Shown piece after piece: positions 48,000-61,373 of a stretch of 64,000 nucleotides of DNA. Numbering within the stretch: the first letter of the stretch is position 1; every line of letters starts with the position of its first letter. Source of the DNA: Squalus acanthias (taxonomy: Eukaryota); NCBI GenBank assembly GCA_030390025.1, contig CM059432.1, positions 113,338,001 through 113,402,000 on the forward strand, in the 5' to 3' direction. Below the pieces are notes generated by a model. That model worked only from the letters and a program-made list of their open reading frames with translations. It searched no databases and was not told the origin of the DNA. The translations under genes were made by a program, and so were the position numbers.

Positions 48000-50815
48000 G
48001 GCCTAGAAATTCGTTGGCACCTAAGCATCCACACTGAGAGTGTGCCGCCCACCATATTGGTAAAGGCTACTGAATAGGTATCCAGGGCCTGCACCTGAAA
48101 TAGGTTCTAACCCCTTTGCATATGCAGATAGAGGGCCTAATGCTTGTTTCAGTCCCCCCTTGCAAAATTCATTAGCGACTGGCCACTGCATGTGCCGTGC
48201 ATTCCTGCAGTCAGTATTCTCAAGCGCCTGACAGCCAAACTAGCCATCCTTAAAGAGGCCACTGGAGGCTGCTCCCCAAAATCTATGCTGTAACTTTTTT
48301 ACTTACAGTATTGTGTTGCCGAGAGGAACAGGAGTGCTCCTCCCGACTCCATATAAAATTTGCGTGTGACTGCCGGTCACTGTTTGCCAATCACCTGATT
48401 GTTTCACCCCCTTCCCGTACTCTGTGTACCATCTCGGCCGGTGTTCAAGGTTTCGTGCTTCCCCGGGCTCTCGAGCTGCCTCTGGGACCGCGACTGGTGC
48501 CTGCAGCTCGCTGATAATAAATAAATGAGGCCGGTGGTCCAATTTTCCTTGTGGTCCTGCCACTGGATGCATTATGCACATGCAGCGTGCACTGCACTGG
48601 ACGCATTATGCACATGCAGCATGTACTACACTGGACGCATTATGCACGTGCAGCGTGCACTGCACTGGACGCATTATGCACATGCAGCGTGCACTGCATT
48701 GGATGCATTGTGCACGTGCAGCGTGCACTGCACTGGATGCATTATGCACGTGCAGCGTGCACTGCACTGGATGCATTATGCACATGCAGCGTGCACTGCA
48801 CTGGACGCATTATGCACGTGCAGCATGCACTGCACTGGACGCATTATGCACGTGCAGCGTGCACTGTATTGGACGCATTGTGCACGTGCAGCGTGCACTG
48901 CACTGGACGCATTATGCACGTGCAGCGTGCATTGCACTGGATGCATTATGCACATGCAGCATGCACTACACTGGACGCATTATGCACATGCAGCGTGCAC
49001 TGCACTGGACGCATTATGCACATGCAGCGTGCACTGTACTGGACGCATTATGCACATGCAGAGTGCACTGCACTGGACGCATTATGCACATGCAGCGTGC
49101 ACTGCACTGGACACATTATGCACATGCAGCGTGCACTGCACTGGATGCATTATGTACATGCAGCGTGCACTGCACTGGACGCATTATGCACATGCAGAGT
49201 GCACTGCACTGGACGCATTATGCACATGCAGCGTGCACTGCACTGGACGCATTATGCACATGTAGCGTGCACTGCACTGGACGCATTATGCACATGCAGC
49301 ATGCACTGCATTGGATGCATTGTGCACGTGCAGCGTGCACTGCACTGGATGCATTATGCACGTGCAGCGTGCACTGCACTGGATGCATTATGCACATGCA
49401 GCGTGCACTGCACTGGACGCATTATGCACGTGCAGCATGCACTGCACTGGACGCATTATGCACGTGCAGCGTGCACTGTATTGGACGCATTGTGCACGTG
49501 CAGCGTGCATTGCACTGGATGCATTATGCACATGCAGCATGCACTACACTGGACGCATTATGCACGTGCAGCGTGCACTGCACTGGATGCATTATGCACA
49601 TGCAGCGTGCACTGCACTGGACGCATTATGCACGTGCAGCATGCACTGCACTGGACGCATTATGCACGTGCAGCGTGCACTGCACTGGACGCATTATGCA
49701 CGTGCAGCGTGCATTGCACTGGATGCATTATGCACATGCAGCATGCACTACACTGGACGCATTATGCACATGCAGCGTGCACTGCACTGGACGCATTATG
49801 CACATGCAGCGTGCACTGTACTGGACGCATTATGCACATGCAGAGTGCACTGCACTGGACGCATTATGCACATGCAGCGTGCACTGCACTGGACACATTA
49901 TGCACATGCAGCGTGCACTGCACTGGATGCATTATGTACATGCAGCGTGCACTGCACTGGACGCATTATGCACATGCAGAGTGCACTGCACTGGACGCAT
50001 TATGCACATGCAGCGTGCACTGCACTGGACGCATTATGCACATGTAGCGTGCACTGCACTGGACGCATTATGCACATGCAGAGTGCACTGCACTGGATGC
50101 ATTATGCACATGCAGCATGCACTACACTGGACGCATTATGCACATGCAGCGTGCACTGCACTGGACGCATTATGCACATGCAGCGTGCACTGTACTGGAC
50201 GCATTATGCACATGCAGAGTGCACTGCACTGGACGCATTATGCACATGCAGCGTGCACTGCACTGGACACATTATGCACATGCAGCGTGCACTGCACTGG
50301 ATGCATTATGTACATGCAGCGTGCACTGCACTGGACGCATTATGCACATGCAGAGTGCACTGCACTGGACGCATTATGCACATGCAGCGTGCACTGCACT
50401 GGACGCATTATGCACATGTAGCGTGCACTGCACTGGACGCATTATGCACATGCAGCGTGCACTGCACTGGACGCATTATGCACATGCAGCGTGCACTGCA
50501 CTGGACGCATTATGCACATGTAGCGTGCACTGCACTGGACGCATTATGCACATGCAGCGTGCACTGCACTGGACGCATTATGCACATGTAGCGTGCACTG
50601 CACTGGACGCATTATGCACATGCAGCGTGCACTGCACTGGACGCATTATGCACATGCAGCGTGCACTGCACTGGACGCATTATGCACATGTAGCGTGCAC
50701 TGCACTGGACGCATTATGCACATGCAGCGTGCACTGCACTGGACGCATTATGCACATGCAGCGTGCACTGCACTGGAATCATGCACCAATTTGGGCGCGA
50801 TCCAATTTCTAGGCC
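48000..50815. mobile_element. Harbinger-type MITE carrying a 34-bp tandem array
   Basis: Perfect 12-bp TIR GGCCTAGAAATT/AATTTCTAGGCC; AAT/AAC TSD; host transposase frame continues across it. Confidence 0.85.
48558..50776. repeat. 34-bp satellite (~65 units)
   Basis: Unit tgcactggacgcattatgcacatgcagcgtgcac. Confidence 0.97.
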
Positions 50816-52509
50816 AACGACTCTCATACAAGAGACAGAATTCATATAGAATAAGCAATAAGAATGCTAAAACCAAGGTTCAGATATGGATTGATGGGGG
50901 TCACTTGAACTGTGGTGGTCTGTTGTGCCTCCACAATGTTAAAATACAAAAATGCATTGAGGTGGACATGCCAGAGGAGGAGGGAGAGTCAGATTGTGAC
51001 ACAATGCAGTTTGAAGATCAATCACAGTAAGAGGGGGCAGCAGAACCAACAGCTACAGCAGCAAGAGAGTTATAATTAAGATTTATTCATGATACATTCA
51101 ATGAGGCCTAAATCACTACTTGTCAAAGCCTCCTTCCCTTAATAGAGCATCTCTGCCCACCCTTCCTTTACATGAAGTCCCTCCACTTCTCTTTGAATGC
51201 AGTCCTATCAGGAAAACACAAAGTCAACACATTAATTACAATTCAAAAGTGTCACTTTCCTGTTTATCGTATTCAAAAAAGCAGAAAATTACATTAGCCA
51301 TTCACAAAAATGACAAAACAAAACTCATTAACGATATGCACTAAGATTTTGCACCATGCACACCCCTTGTGACTTTCCTACTTTTCCTGATATCTAGTCC
51401 AACACAATGTTAAAGTGTTATATTAGGCCCAGGGGTCTGAGCCATTGATGGCTTCTCATAAATACCAAGTGCATCTCGGGACAGGGATGACCCTTCACTC
51501 ATGACCGCTGAGATCTGAAATGGACCTGTGACAGAATGAGGTGTACTCAGTTGCTAATCTAAGCTTGAGTCTGCCCTGTTCCTTCCACTTGTCTGGAAAT
51601 CTCTGAGGTTCTCCTATCCTGAGTGAAAGCATCCTCGTTAGTGTGATCTCCAGACTGCAACCTAATCTGGAACAGGATACTGGAGGTCGACGATCTATGG
51701 GAGAATACTACGGGAGCACTAATTTCCTTCAAGCCCTGAGAGACATTGTACCAGTTATCCTCCAAGCTGTTGAGGAGCAAAGGCTCTCTCCATACAATCT
51801 TTCAAGGTCTGAAGACCAGCAGTCAATGCTTAAACCTGTTGTGCCTTGACTGGCCTGGAAGCCTTTGTGTTTGGCTGACGCTTGCAGATATCCCCAGAGA
51901 TATCAGCCTCTCCAGCAGGCATCGCACGGAAGAAAATGTATCAGATTGTGTTGCAGGGAATGACTTAGTGGCCATGATACCACCTGTCTCACCTGCTGAG
52001 AGGCTGCACAGTGCCTCCACATGGTAGCATTGCTCTCCAAGCATCCTTTGTTTCATGTCAGGACCCATGAGAACATCATCCGCTTACTCTGCTGCCAGAG
52101 AATAACATTACCGATGCCTCCGCTCAGCAACATTATACTCCACTTCCAAAGGTTCATCCTCTGGTCTTCCTGTGCTCAGTGACTTATTCAGGGACAGTTC
52201 CTGATCAGTACTATCTTGGTTATCGCTAGTAACTGTATCTGGGCTGGTGAGAATGGGCGAGATGAGCTGGATGTGATGCTGCCACTAGTTGCCAGATTAG
52301 ACAGGCCTGGTAACTCATCTCCATCAGCTTCATATACACCATCTTGACTTGCTGGTTCTGTGGATACAAAAGAAAATCAATGATTCTGCTGTCACTGTAC
52401 GATACGCTCATCAGCTCATGTTGCTCCTTGCAACAACAACAACTTGTATTTATATAGTGCCTTTAATGTAGTAAAATGTCCCAAGACGCTTCACAGGAGC
52501 ATTATAAAA

Positions 52510-53067
52510 CCACTCCTGGAGTATTGTGTACAGTTTTGGTGTCCTTACCTAAGGAGGTATATACCTGCCATAGAGGGAGTGCAATGAAGGGTCACCAGAC
52601 TGATTCCTGGGATGGGGGGATTGTCCGATGAGGAGAGATTGAGGAGACTAGGCCTATATTCCCTAGATGTTTGTAGAATGAGAAGTGATCTCATTGAAGC
52701 ATACAAAATTCTTACAGGGCTTGACAGGGAGGATGCTGGGAAGATGTTTCCCCTGGCTGGGGAGTCTAGAACTAGGGTCACAGTCTAAGAATAAGGGGTC
52801 GGCCATTTATGACTGAGATGAGGAGAAATTTCTTCACTCAAAGGGTTTTGAATCTTTGGAATTCTCTACCCCAAAGGGCTGTGGATGCTCAGTCGTTGGC
52901 TGAGATAGATAGATTTTTGAATATTAAGGGAATCAAGGGATATGAGGATAATACGAGAAGGTGGATTTGAGGTAGAAGATCAGTCATCATCTTATTGAAT
53001 GGCAGAGCAGGCTTGAAGGGCCGAATGGCCTACTCCTGTTCCTATTTCTTATGTTCTTATGTTCTTA
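52510..53067 (+). mobile_element. CR1 3' fragment
   Basis: LEYCVQFW; (TTCTTATG)n tail. Confidence 0.85.
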
Positions 53068-53369
53068 TGACCAAAAGCTTGGTCAAAGAGGTAGGATTTA
53101 TGGAGCATCTTAAAGGAGAAAAGAGAGGCAGAGAGACAGAGTGGTTTAGGGAGGGAATTCTAGAGCTTAGGGCCTTGGTAGCTGAAGGCACGGCCACCAA
53201 TGGTTGAGCGATTAAAATCAGGGATGCTCAAGAGGTCAGAATTTGAGGAGTGTAGATATCTCGGAGGGATGTGGGGCTGGAGGAGATTACAGAGATAGGG
53301 AGGGGCGAGGCCATGGAGGGATTTGAAAACAAGGATGAGAATTTTAAAATCGAGGTGAGAGGGGAGCCA

Positions 53370-56300
53370 GTGACCGAGAGCGGCGGGGATTAAAAGAGCT
53401 GTAGACATTGCAATGCATCAGGGATGGGGAGAGTTATCTGAACACTTTGATACAAGAAGCAGTCACACCCCTTAGGTTAGGTAGATATTTAGATTTGGTC
53501 AATGGTCACAGACAGGAGGGTGTGACTGCAACTCAGGCAGGTAAGGGGACCCAGGATGCAGCAATGGAGGAGCCTCGGCCTTTGCCCTTGTCCAACAGGT
53601 GCGAGGTACTTGCTACCTGTATGGTTGAGAACAAAGACTGCAGGGAAGATGGGCAATTTGACCACAGCACCATGGTGCAGGAGGCCTTCAAGTTGGGGGA
53701 GTAAAAAGGAATGTAGCTATGGTAGGGGACAGTATAGTTAGGGGGATAGATACTGTTCTCTGCAACTGTGACCGCGAGTCTCGAAGGCTGTGTTGCCTGC
53801 CCAGTGCCAGGGTTAAGAATACCTCCTTGCGGCTGGAGAAGAACTTGGAGCGGGAGGAGGAGGGGCCAGCTGTCGTGGTTCACGTAGGAACCAACGACAT
53901 AGGTAGAACTAGGAATGAGTTTCTGCTGATGAAGTTTGAAGAGCTAGGGTCCAAATTAATAAGCAGAACCTCTCTGGATGACTACCTGAGCCATGCGCAA
54001 ATTGGCATGGGTCAAACAGATCAGAGAGGTAAATGCATGGCTCAGAGTGGTGTGGGAGACAGGGCTTTCAATTCATGGGGCACTGGCACCAGTACTGGGG
54101 AAAGAGGGAGCTGTTCCATGGGATGTGCTCCGCTTAAACCAGGCTGGGACCAGTGTCATGATGAATCGAATAACTAGGGCTGTAGATAAAGTTTTAAACT
54201 AAAAAAGGTGGTGGGGGAGGGGAGGGAAAGGTTCAGGTGAGAGGAAATTTATAAATCCAAATAGAAAAGTCAAGGCCATAGAGTTGTGTAGCGATTTGGG
54301 TAAAAATAAGCAGAGTGTGACAGAAACGGACAGATAGTTTAACGGTAATAGTGCATTAGTGAATAAGGTCAAATCAAGGAAAAATGGTAAAAGGTAAATG
54401 GGGCAGAATTTGCTGTCATACCACCTTTGAAATGGACAGCAAGTTAGGGATTTTCGCATGTGCTTGACAGATCATCCGCTCCGACTGTGAAATCCTTATT
54501 GCTGGTGAAGAGTTGGGCTAATTGCCCACAAACTGCTCAGCAATTACACATGAACATTTTACAGCTGGTGCAACAGGCGCAGGAGCAATTTCACATTGAG
54601 TTTGAGAGTGACGTACTAAAATCTGGAACTAGAGTCTTAAACTTAAATAAAGCCAATTACATCGGTATGAGGGGCAAGTTGGCTAAGGTAGATTTGGAAA
54701 TTAGATTAAAATGTATGATGGTAGATAAGCAATGGCGAACATTTAAAGAAATATTTCATAATTCTCAATGAATATACATTCTATTGAGAAATAAAAGTTC
54801 CACAGGAAAAGTGATCCATCCGTGGCTAACTAAAGAGGTTAAGGATAGTATTAGATTAAAAGCAGAGGCTTATAATGTTGCCAAGAAGAGTAGTAAGCCT
54901 AAGGATTGGGAGAGTTTTAGAAACCAGCAAAGGATGACCAAAAAATTGAAGAAGAGGGAGAAAATATAATGAGAGTAAACTAGCAAGAAATATAAAACAG
55001 ATTGTAAGAGCTTCTATCAGTATGTAAAAAGGAAGAGAGTAGCAAAGGTAAAAATGGGTTCCTTAGAGGCTGAGACAGGAGAAATTATAATGGGGAATAA
55101 GGAAATGACAGAGACGTCAAAGAAATATTTTGTATCTGTCTTCACAGTAGAAGACACAAAACACATACCAGAAATAATGGGTAACCAAGGGTCTAATGAG
55201 GAACTTAAAGTAATTAATATTAGTAAAGAAAAATTACTGGAGAAATGAATGGGACTAATCGGTGTTTGCTAAGGAGGTGGATGCTGACAAAATATTGATG
55301 GAAGTGGAAAAGGTAGAAGAAATGGAAGGGGTGAAAATTGATAGACAGGATGTACTAGAAAGGCTGGGTATGCTTAGAGTGGACACGTCGCCTGGTCCAG
55401 ATGGCTTGCATCCCAGGTTGCTAAGGGGATTGGGGGAGGAGATAGCGGAAAGGCTTGCCATAATTTTCCAATCTTCCCTAGATGCGGGGGAGGTGCCTGA
55501 GGATTGGAAAGTGGCAAATGTGACACCATTGTTCAAGAAAGGGTGTAAGGACAATCCTAGTAACTACAGGCCGGTCAGTTTAACATCAGTGGTGGGTAAA
55601 GTTTTAGAAACAATAATCAAGGAAAAAATGAACGGGCATTTGGAGAGGTTTAAGCTAATTAAGGAGAGCCAACATGGGTTTGTAAAAGGAAGATCGTGTT
55701 TGACTAATCTAATTGAATTTTTTGATGAAATAACAGGGAAGATTGATGAAGAGAATGCAATGGATGTTGTCTACATGGATTTTCAGAAGGCGTTTGACAA
55801 AGTACCACATAGAAGGCTGGTTAACAAAATTGAAGCCCATGGAATAGGTGGGTCAGTGGCAGCTTGGATAAGGAATTGGCTTAAGGACAGAAAACAGTGA
55901 GTTGTGGGAAATGGCTGTTTTTCAGACTGGAGGATGGTAGACAGTGGTGTTCCCCAAGAGTCAGTGCTGGGGCCACTGCTTTTTTTGATATATATAAATG
56001 ACCTGGATATTGGAATACAGAGTAGAATTTCTAAATTTGCCGATGACACCAAACTTGGGGGTGTGGCAAACAGTGATGATGATATCAATCGACTGCAACA
56101 GGACATAGAAAGGCTAGCAGAATGGGTAGACAAGTGGCAGATGGAATTTAATACAGAGAAGTATGAGGTGATGCATTTTGGCAGAAGGAACAGGGAGAGG
56201 CAATATACACTTAATGGCATAGTTTTAAAGAGTGTGCAGGGACAGAGGGACCTGGGAGTTAATGTGCATAGGTCCCTGAAGGTGGCAGGACATATTGAGA

Positions 56301-57186
56301 GAGTGGTTAACAAAATATATGGGATCTTGGGCTTCATAAATAGAGGTATTGAGTACAAAAGTAGAAAAGTTATGCTGAACTTTTATAAAGCGCTGGTTAG
56401 GCCACAACTGGAGTATTGCGTCCAGTTCTGGTCACCACACTTTCGGAAGGATGTGAAGACCCTTGAGGGGGTGCAGAAGAGATTTACCAGAATGGTTCCG
56501 GGGATGGGGGATCTTAGCTACAAGGACATGTTGGCGAAGCTGGATTTGTTTTCATTAGAGCAAAGGAGGTTGAGGGGTGATTTGAAAGAGGTGTACAAGA
56601 TTATGACAGGTTTGGATAGGCTAGACGGGGAAAGGCTGTTCCCACTAATTGATGGTACAAGGATTAGGGGACACAGATTTAAGGTTTTGGGCAAGAGATA
56701 CAGGGGGGATGTGAGGATATACATTTTTACGCAGCGAGTGGTGATGACCTGGAATTCACTGCCGACGGACGTGGTGGAAGTGGAGACACTCAATGGTTTC
56801 AAGGGGAGACTGGATAGGCACTTGAGGGAAATAAACTTGCAGGGCTACGGGGATAGAGCAGGGGAATGGGACTGACTGGATTGCTCTACAGAGAGCCGGC
56901 ATGGACTCGATGGGCTGAATGGCCTCCTTCTGTGCCGTTATGACTTTGACTCTAAAAGCTGACAAATCCCCTGGACCTGATGGCCAACATCCTAGGGTTG
57001 TAGAGGTGGCTGCAGAGATAATGGATGCTGAGATTGATAGATTCTTGGACTCTAAGGGAATCAAGCGATATGGGGAGTGGGCGGGAAAGTGGAGTTGAGG
57101 TCGAAGATCAGCCATGATCTTACGGAATGGTGGAGCAGGTTCGAGGGGCTGTATGGCCTACTCCTGCTCTTATTTCTTATGTTCTT
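53370..57186 (+). mobile_element. Decayed CR1 with SGNH-esterase ORF1 and ORF2 remnants
   Basis: VGDSIVRG, CCLPSARV, VVVHVGTNDIG (53719-54200); ORF2 remnants 54585-55258 and 56952-57186. Confidence 0.8.
55259..56951 (+). mobile_element. CR1 LINE (third family) nested in CR1
   Basis: SPGPDGLHPRLL...KFADDTK...LQGYGDRAGEWD*; CTAA TSD (55255-55258, 56952-56955). Confidence 0.9.
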
Positions 57187-59696
57187 AACCGGGAGCCAAT
57201 GTAGGTCAGCGAGCATTGGGGTGATGTGTGAACGTGACTTGGTATGCCTTAGGACACATGTTTACGGAGGGTAGCACGTGGGAGGCCAGCCAGGAGTTCA
57301 TTGGAATAGCCATGTCTACAGGTAACAAAGGCATGGATGTGTGTTTCAGCAGCAGATGAGCTCAAACAGAGGCGGTGTCGGACGATGTTACACAGATGGA
57401 AATAAGCGGTCTTACTGATGGCATTGATATGTGGAGTTTGTGTACAGTGTGTTTCAGCCTCAGACAGTTGGCAGGGAGAGGGATGGGGTCGGTGGCTAGA
57501 GAACGGAGTTTGTGGCGGGGTCCGAAAACAATGGCTTCGGTCTTTCCAATATTTAGCTGGAAGAAATTTCTGTTCATCCAGTACTGAATGTCAGACAAGC
57601 AGTCTGACAATTTAGAGAGTGGCGAGGTCGAGAGAGGTGGTGGTGAGGTAGAGCTGGGTGTCATTAGCGTACATGTGGAAACTCACACTGTGTTTTCGGA
57701 TGATGTCACCGAGGGGCAGCATGAGGATGAGCAACAGGAGGGGCCCAGGATAGATCCTTAGGGGGGCACCAGAGGTAACAGTGTGGAAGCAGGAAGAGAA
57801 GCCATTGCAGGTGATTCTCTGGCTACGATTAGATAGATAAGAATGGAACCAGGCGAGTGCAGTCCCACCCAGCTGGTCAACGGTGGAGAGGTGTTGGAGA
57901 AGGATGGAGTGCTCAACCATGTCAAAGGCTGCAGACTGATCGAGAAGGATGAGGAGGGATAGTTTACCATAGTCACAGTCACATAGGATGTAATTTGTGT
58001 CTTTGATAAGAATCAGTTCAGTACTGTCGTAGGGGTGGAAACCTGATTGGAGGGATTCAAACATGGAGTTCCAGGAAAGATGGGCATGGATTTGGGAGGA
58101 AAGGGAGATTGGAGATGGGGCAGTAGTTTGCAAGGATGGAGGGGTCAAGGGTTGTATTTTTGAGGAGAGAAGTGATGACGGCAGATTTGAAGGAGAGGGG
58201 GACAGTACATGAGGAGAGGGAACCGTTAACAATATCAGCTAACTTGGGAGCCAGGAAGGGAAGTTGGGTGATCGGCAGTTTAGTGGGAAAAGGGTCGAGG
58301 GAGCAGGAAGTGGGTCTCATGGACAAGATGAGCTTGAGAGGGCATGAGCGGAGATAGGAGAGAACTCAAGTAAAATGTGAGTTCAGGGCTAGGGTGGGGG
58401 GGAACCTTAGAGGAAGTTTTGCCCAGTGGGCTAGGTGAAGGGAGGGAAGCGGCAGAGGCAGCTGATCGGATGGTCTCAATATTTGTGACAAAGAAGTCCA
58501 TGAGCTCCTTACACTTGTTGTTGGAGCTGAGCGTGGAGGAGACAAAGAGATAAGGCATGCAAGAAGACAGTTTGCAGTCGAGAAAAGAAGCCGGGGGTTA
58601 TCTTTGCATTCCAGGATGATCCTGGAATAGTGAGCAGTTTTGGCCGAGGACAGCAGGATCAGATTGTGCTTTATGTGGTCCAGCCAGATCTGGTGGTGAA
58701 TGGCTAAACCAGCTGTCTGCCATATCCGTTCAAGTCTGCGTTTAATTCAAACATTCCTTCAAGCTCTGATCTATTTTCATAACCGTTGCTTTTCACAGAA
58801 ATATATGGTCATCATGAACAAATTAAGGGTACAGGAACTCCTCGGGGTTTGCAGGGCCTCCTCCTCCTTTGGGCTAATGCCAGATGTCAGGGACTCCTCT
58901 CCCTGCAGTCTGAAGTTCTCTATCATTATGTGTTAACTTCTCCTGAAAGGAGAATGCGTACATTTGATGTGGCAGCATCATAGTTTCATCTCAGATAAGT
59001 GTTTACTTTCAAATTGTGGAGCGAAATGGAAAGAGCTGGACATGGGAGGTGACATTCAAAGGCCTAACATGCATGGCAGGGGTTTGATGATGTGGGTGTT
59101 AGGGAAGTTGTCGATCTATGTGAGAGACACATGATGCATGGAGCTATATATGTTCTGGCAAACCCAATAGTGCAGTTCATTGGGGGCAATGCATGATGGC
59201 TGCTCTCTGTGGGTCTCAACAGTTAATCCTGGCACTTAGTTGAAGTCGATTACTTTTGCTGGTCATGTCAGGTCATTACATTTCTTCCAACATTGCAAGG
59301 GGGTCCCTGGGGTTATGGAGATACCATTGACTGCAACTGCCACCTCCGTCTACATCGCACCAGAGCAGCATTGACAGGTTTCTTCCCACCAGAACCAAGC
59401 GTGCTATCCATCATTACATTGACATTGCGCTCTGTGACATTTGAGGCACTCCTCTTTGCCCTTATGCAGGTGCCATCTCTGTGTCTTCTCTAGTGCTCTG
59501 TCCCCTTTAACATGCTGCAGCCCTTTAAATGTGGTCTTGCACTTTGAACCATCCTCCTTTGTCCTCTCTCCAAGTTTCCCAGGACTCCGTGGGCCAAACT
59601 GCCCTAATGCTGGTGGAACCTGATCAATATCCCACCCAATGATATTCAAGTGAGCTGACCCCAGGAGTTCAGATGGGGTTAGTGTGTATCTCTACA

Positions 59697-60228
59697 GGGG
59701 GCTGGAATTCCCGCAATGCAGCTCATTCCCAGGGGAAGTGGAGGGCCTGGAATTTCTGGTCCAGGGACTATAATATCACTAAGAATTTGTCTTGAAGAGA
59801 AGAAATATATATCCTGATTTTCTAAGTTCTCACTCACAGTGGCCAGTGACCCATGGTTTTAATGCGGAGCCTGGAGGACCACTGCTGCAACTCCCGGCTC
59901 CACTTTCACGTAAGTATTTTTTCTAAACTTATCTTTTTGGTGGCAGCCTGCAGACCTGGTTTTCATGAATGACCGGCCCCACTCTGGCTGTGTTCAGGGC
60001 AACCAAATTTTGCACAGGGGCCCCCAGCAGGCGTTAGGTCCCTTTTCTGCTTATGCAAGGGGCCTAACGCCTGTTTCAGGTGCAGGTCATATTTTTTGGC
60101 CTGTATCAATACGGCAGGCAGTGTGTTTCTGGCTCTTGATGAGCGTGTGCTTCCTGCCAGCCATATTGGAGGCTTAGGCACCATTTCACACCTGAAAATT
60201 GGACGCGGTGCCATCGAATTTCCAGGCC
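59697..60228 (-). mobile_element. MITE related to the 48000 element, without the satellite
   Basis: Right end GAATTTCCAGGCC; 60010-60228 resembles the reverse complement of 48000-48170; left boundary uncertain (59697 or 59744). Confidence 0.55.
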
Positions 60229-60809
60229 ATAGTCTATCCACTGCACGCAGCACTGTGGGAATGGGCCCTCCATTAGCAGTAGATCGTGATCTCACACATG
60301 ACATGCATGTCAAATCTTAGCGAATTGAGGAATTTGATGGCTGCACCGGAGCTAGAATACAAAGTGTGAAATTCAGTGGAGATATCACAATGGTGGCACA
60401 TTGTTTCTATGCATTTTCCAATTATCTCTTTTTCCATTTTCGTTCAGGTTGTATGTTAAACTTTGCTCCAGTGAGGTCTATTTCATTCTTGCATGCATCC
60501 ACAATATTGTGATTCAACTGAAAGAATAATTAAGAGAGGTTATTTTTCTATATCCTCCTATTGGAATTAAACAGAAAAAAGGGATAGCTGAGTAAAGTTT
60601 CCGAAAGCAGCCTCATGAGAAATGCAGTAAAGCTGAGTTTTGATTGTTAAGCCCCATTAATGGCTGGTATACTTACGCTTTATTACAGTTTTGCAGCCAT
60701 GTGATTAATTCATTTTCCTAAGAGACTATACCGTATGTAAAAAGTAAACATAAGGAGGAAGAAGTTGTTGGAGAATCATTGAATTGAATAACAACTCATG
60801 CAATATTCA

Positions 60810-61179
60810 TGCACCGACCTCGGCACCGGCTATGGACACGGAAACGGCACACCCAGTCCAGTCGACCCTGCAAAGTCCCCTTCACCAACATCTGGGGACT
60901 TGTGCCAAAATTAGGAGAGCTGTCCCACAGACTAGTCAAGCAACAGCCTGACATAGTCATACTCACAGAATCATACCTTTCAGCCAATGTCCCGAACTCC
61001 TCCATCACCATCCCTGGGTATGTCCTGTCCCACCAGCAGGACAGACCCACCAGGGGTGGTGGCACAGTGGTATACAGTCAGGAAGGAGTGGCCCTGGGAG
61101 TCCTCAACATTGACTCCAGACCTCATGAAGTCTCATGGCTTCAGGTCAAGCATGGGAAAGGAAACCTCCTGCTGATTAC
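60810..61179 (+). mobile_element. LINE APE-endonuclease start, interrupted by the LTR element
   Basis: FTNIWGLVPKLGEL...PDIVILTESYL...DRPTRGGGTVVY. Confidence 0.8.
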
Positions 61180-61373
61180 TGTGGTAACACAATACAGCTT
61201 CCTGTGACTCGAACTTTATTGCATCACTTCTTGTGATTAGTCCAGGATAAATACTGGACTGATCAGTTGGATCCTGGAGAGGCATAGAGTAAGACCTCTT
61301 TTGTATGTAGCACCTTTTTAGTTGATTAAAGCTTACTTTAAGTTCACCACGCGTAAGGCTCATTCTTACGACA
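61180..61373 (+). repeat. 5' LTR of Gypsy retrotransposon (194 bp)
   Basis: TGTGGTAA...TTACGACA imperfect inverted termini, ATTAAA at 61325; LINE frame breaks at 61180. Second LTR lies outside the window. Confidence 0.75.

Larger units (their letters stand above)
47940..51110 (+). pseudogene. Old Harbinger transposase remnant split by a MITE
   Basis: K*LMTPLHRTINADEERCN (47943-47999) resumes at 50816 as NDSHTRDRIHIE*AIRMLKPRFRY, then VVVCC/LHNV and an acidic tail. Confidence 0.7.
52430..58740 (-). mobile_element. L2 LINE fragmented by nested CR1s
   Basis: (TTG)n tail at ~52430; FKSLHGLAPPYL at 53160-53360; RT part at 57187-58740 (CSLDPFPTKL, NYCPISNLPFL, QSGF, YANDTQLY). Confidence 0.85.
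51540..59477 (-). pseudogene. Old Harbinger Myb/SANT gene, intron 2 swollen by ~6.3 kb of LINEs
   Basis: Exon 1 (~59254-59477) EVAVAVNGISITPGTPLQCWKKCNDLT*PAK|gt; exon 2 (~58800-58942) EKLTHNDRELQTAGRGVPDI; probable exon-3 acceptor ttttgtatccacag at ~52358. Confidence 0.55.

Noticed and set aside
48558..50776. CRISPR-like array (34-bp repeats)
   Set aside because: Head-to-tail units with no unique spacers, no cas genes, eukaryotic context.
48525..50812. Long Cys/His-rich ORFs (up to 615 aa) resembling metal-binding proteins
   Set aside because: By-product of a stop-free 34-bp unit cycling through all three frames; TGC->TGT changes create stops at random.
53719..54200. Host GDSL/SGNH lipase gene
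   Set aside because: SGNH esterase ORF1 is a known CR1 feature and is followed by CR1 ORF2 remnants.
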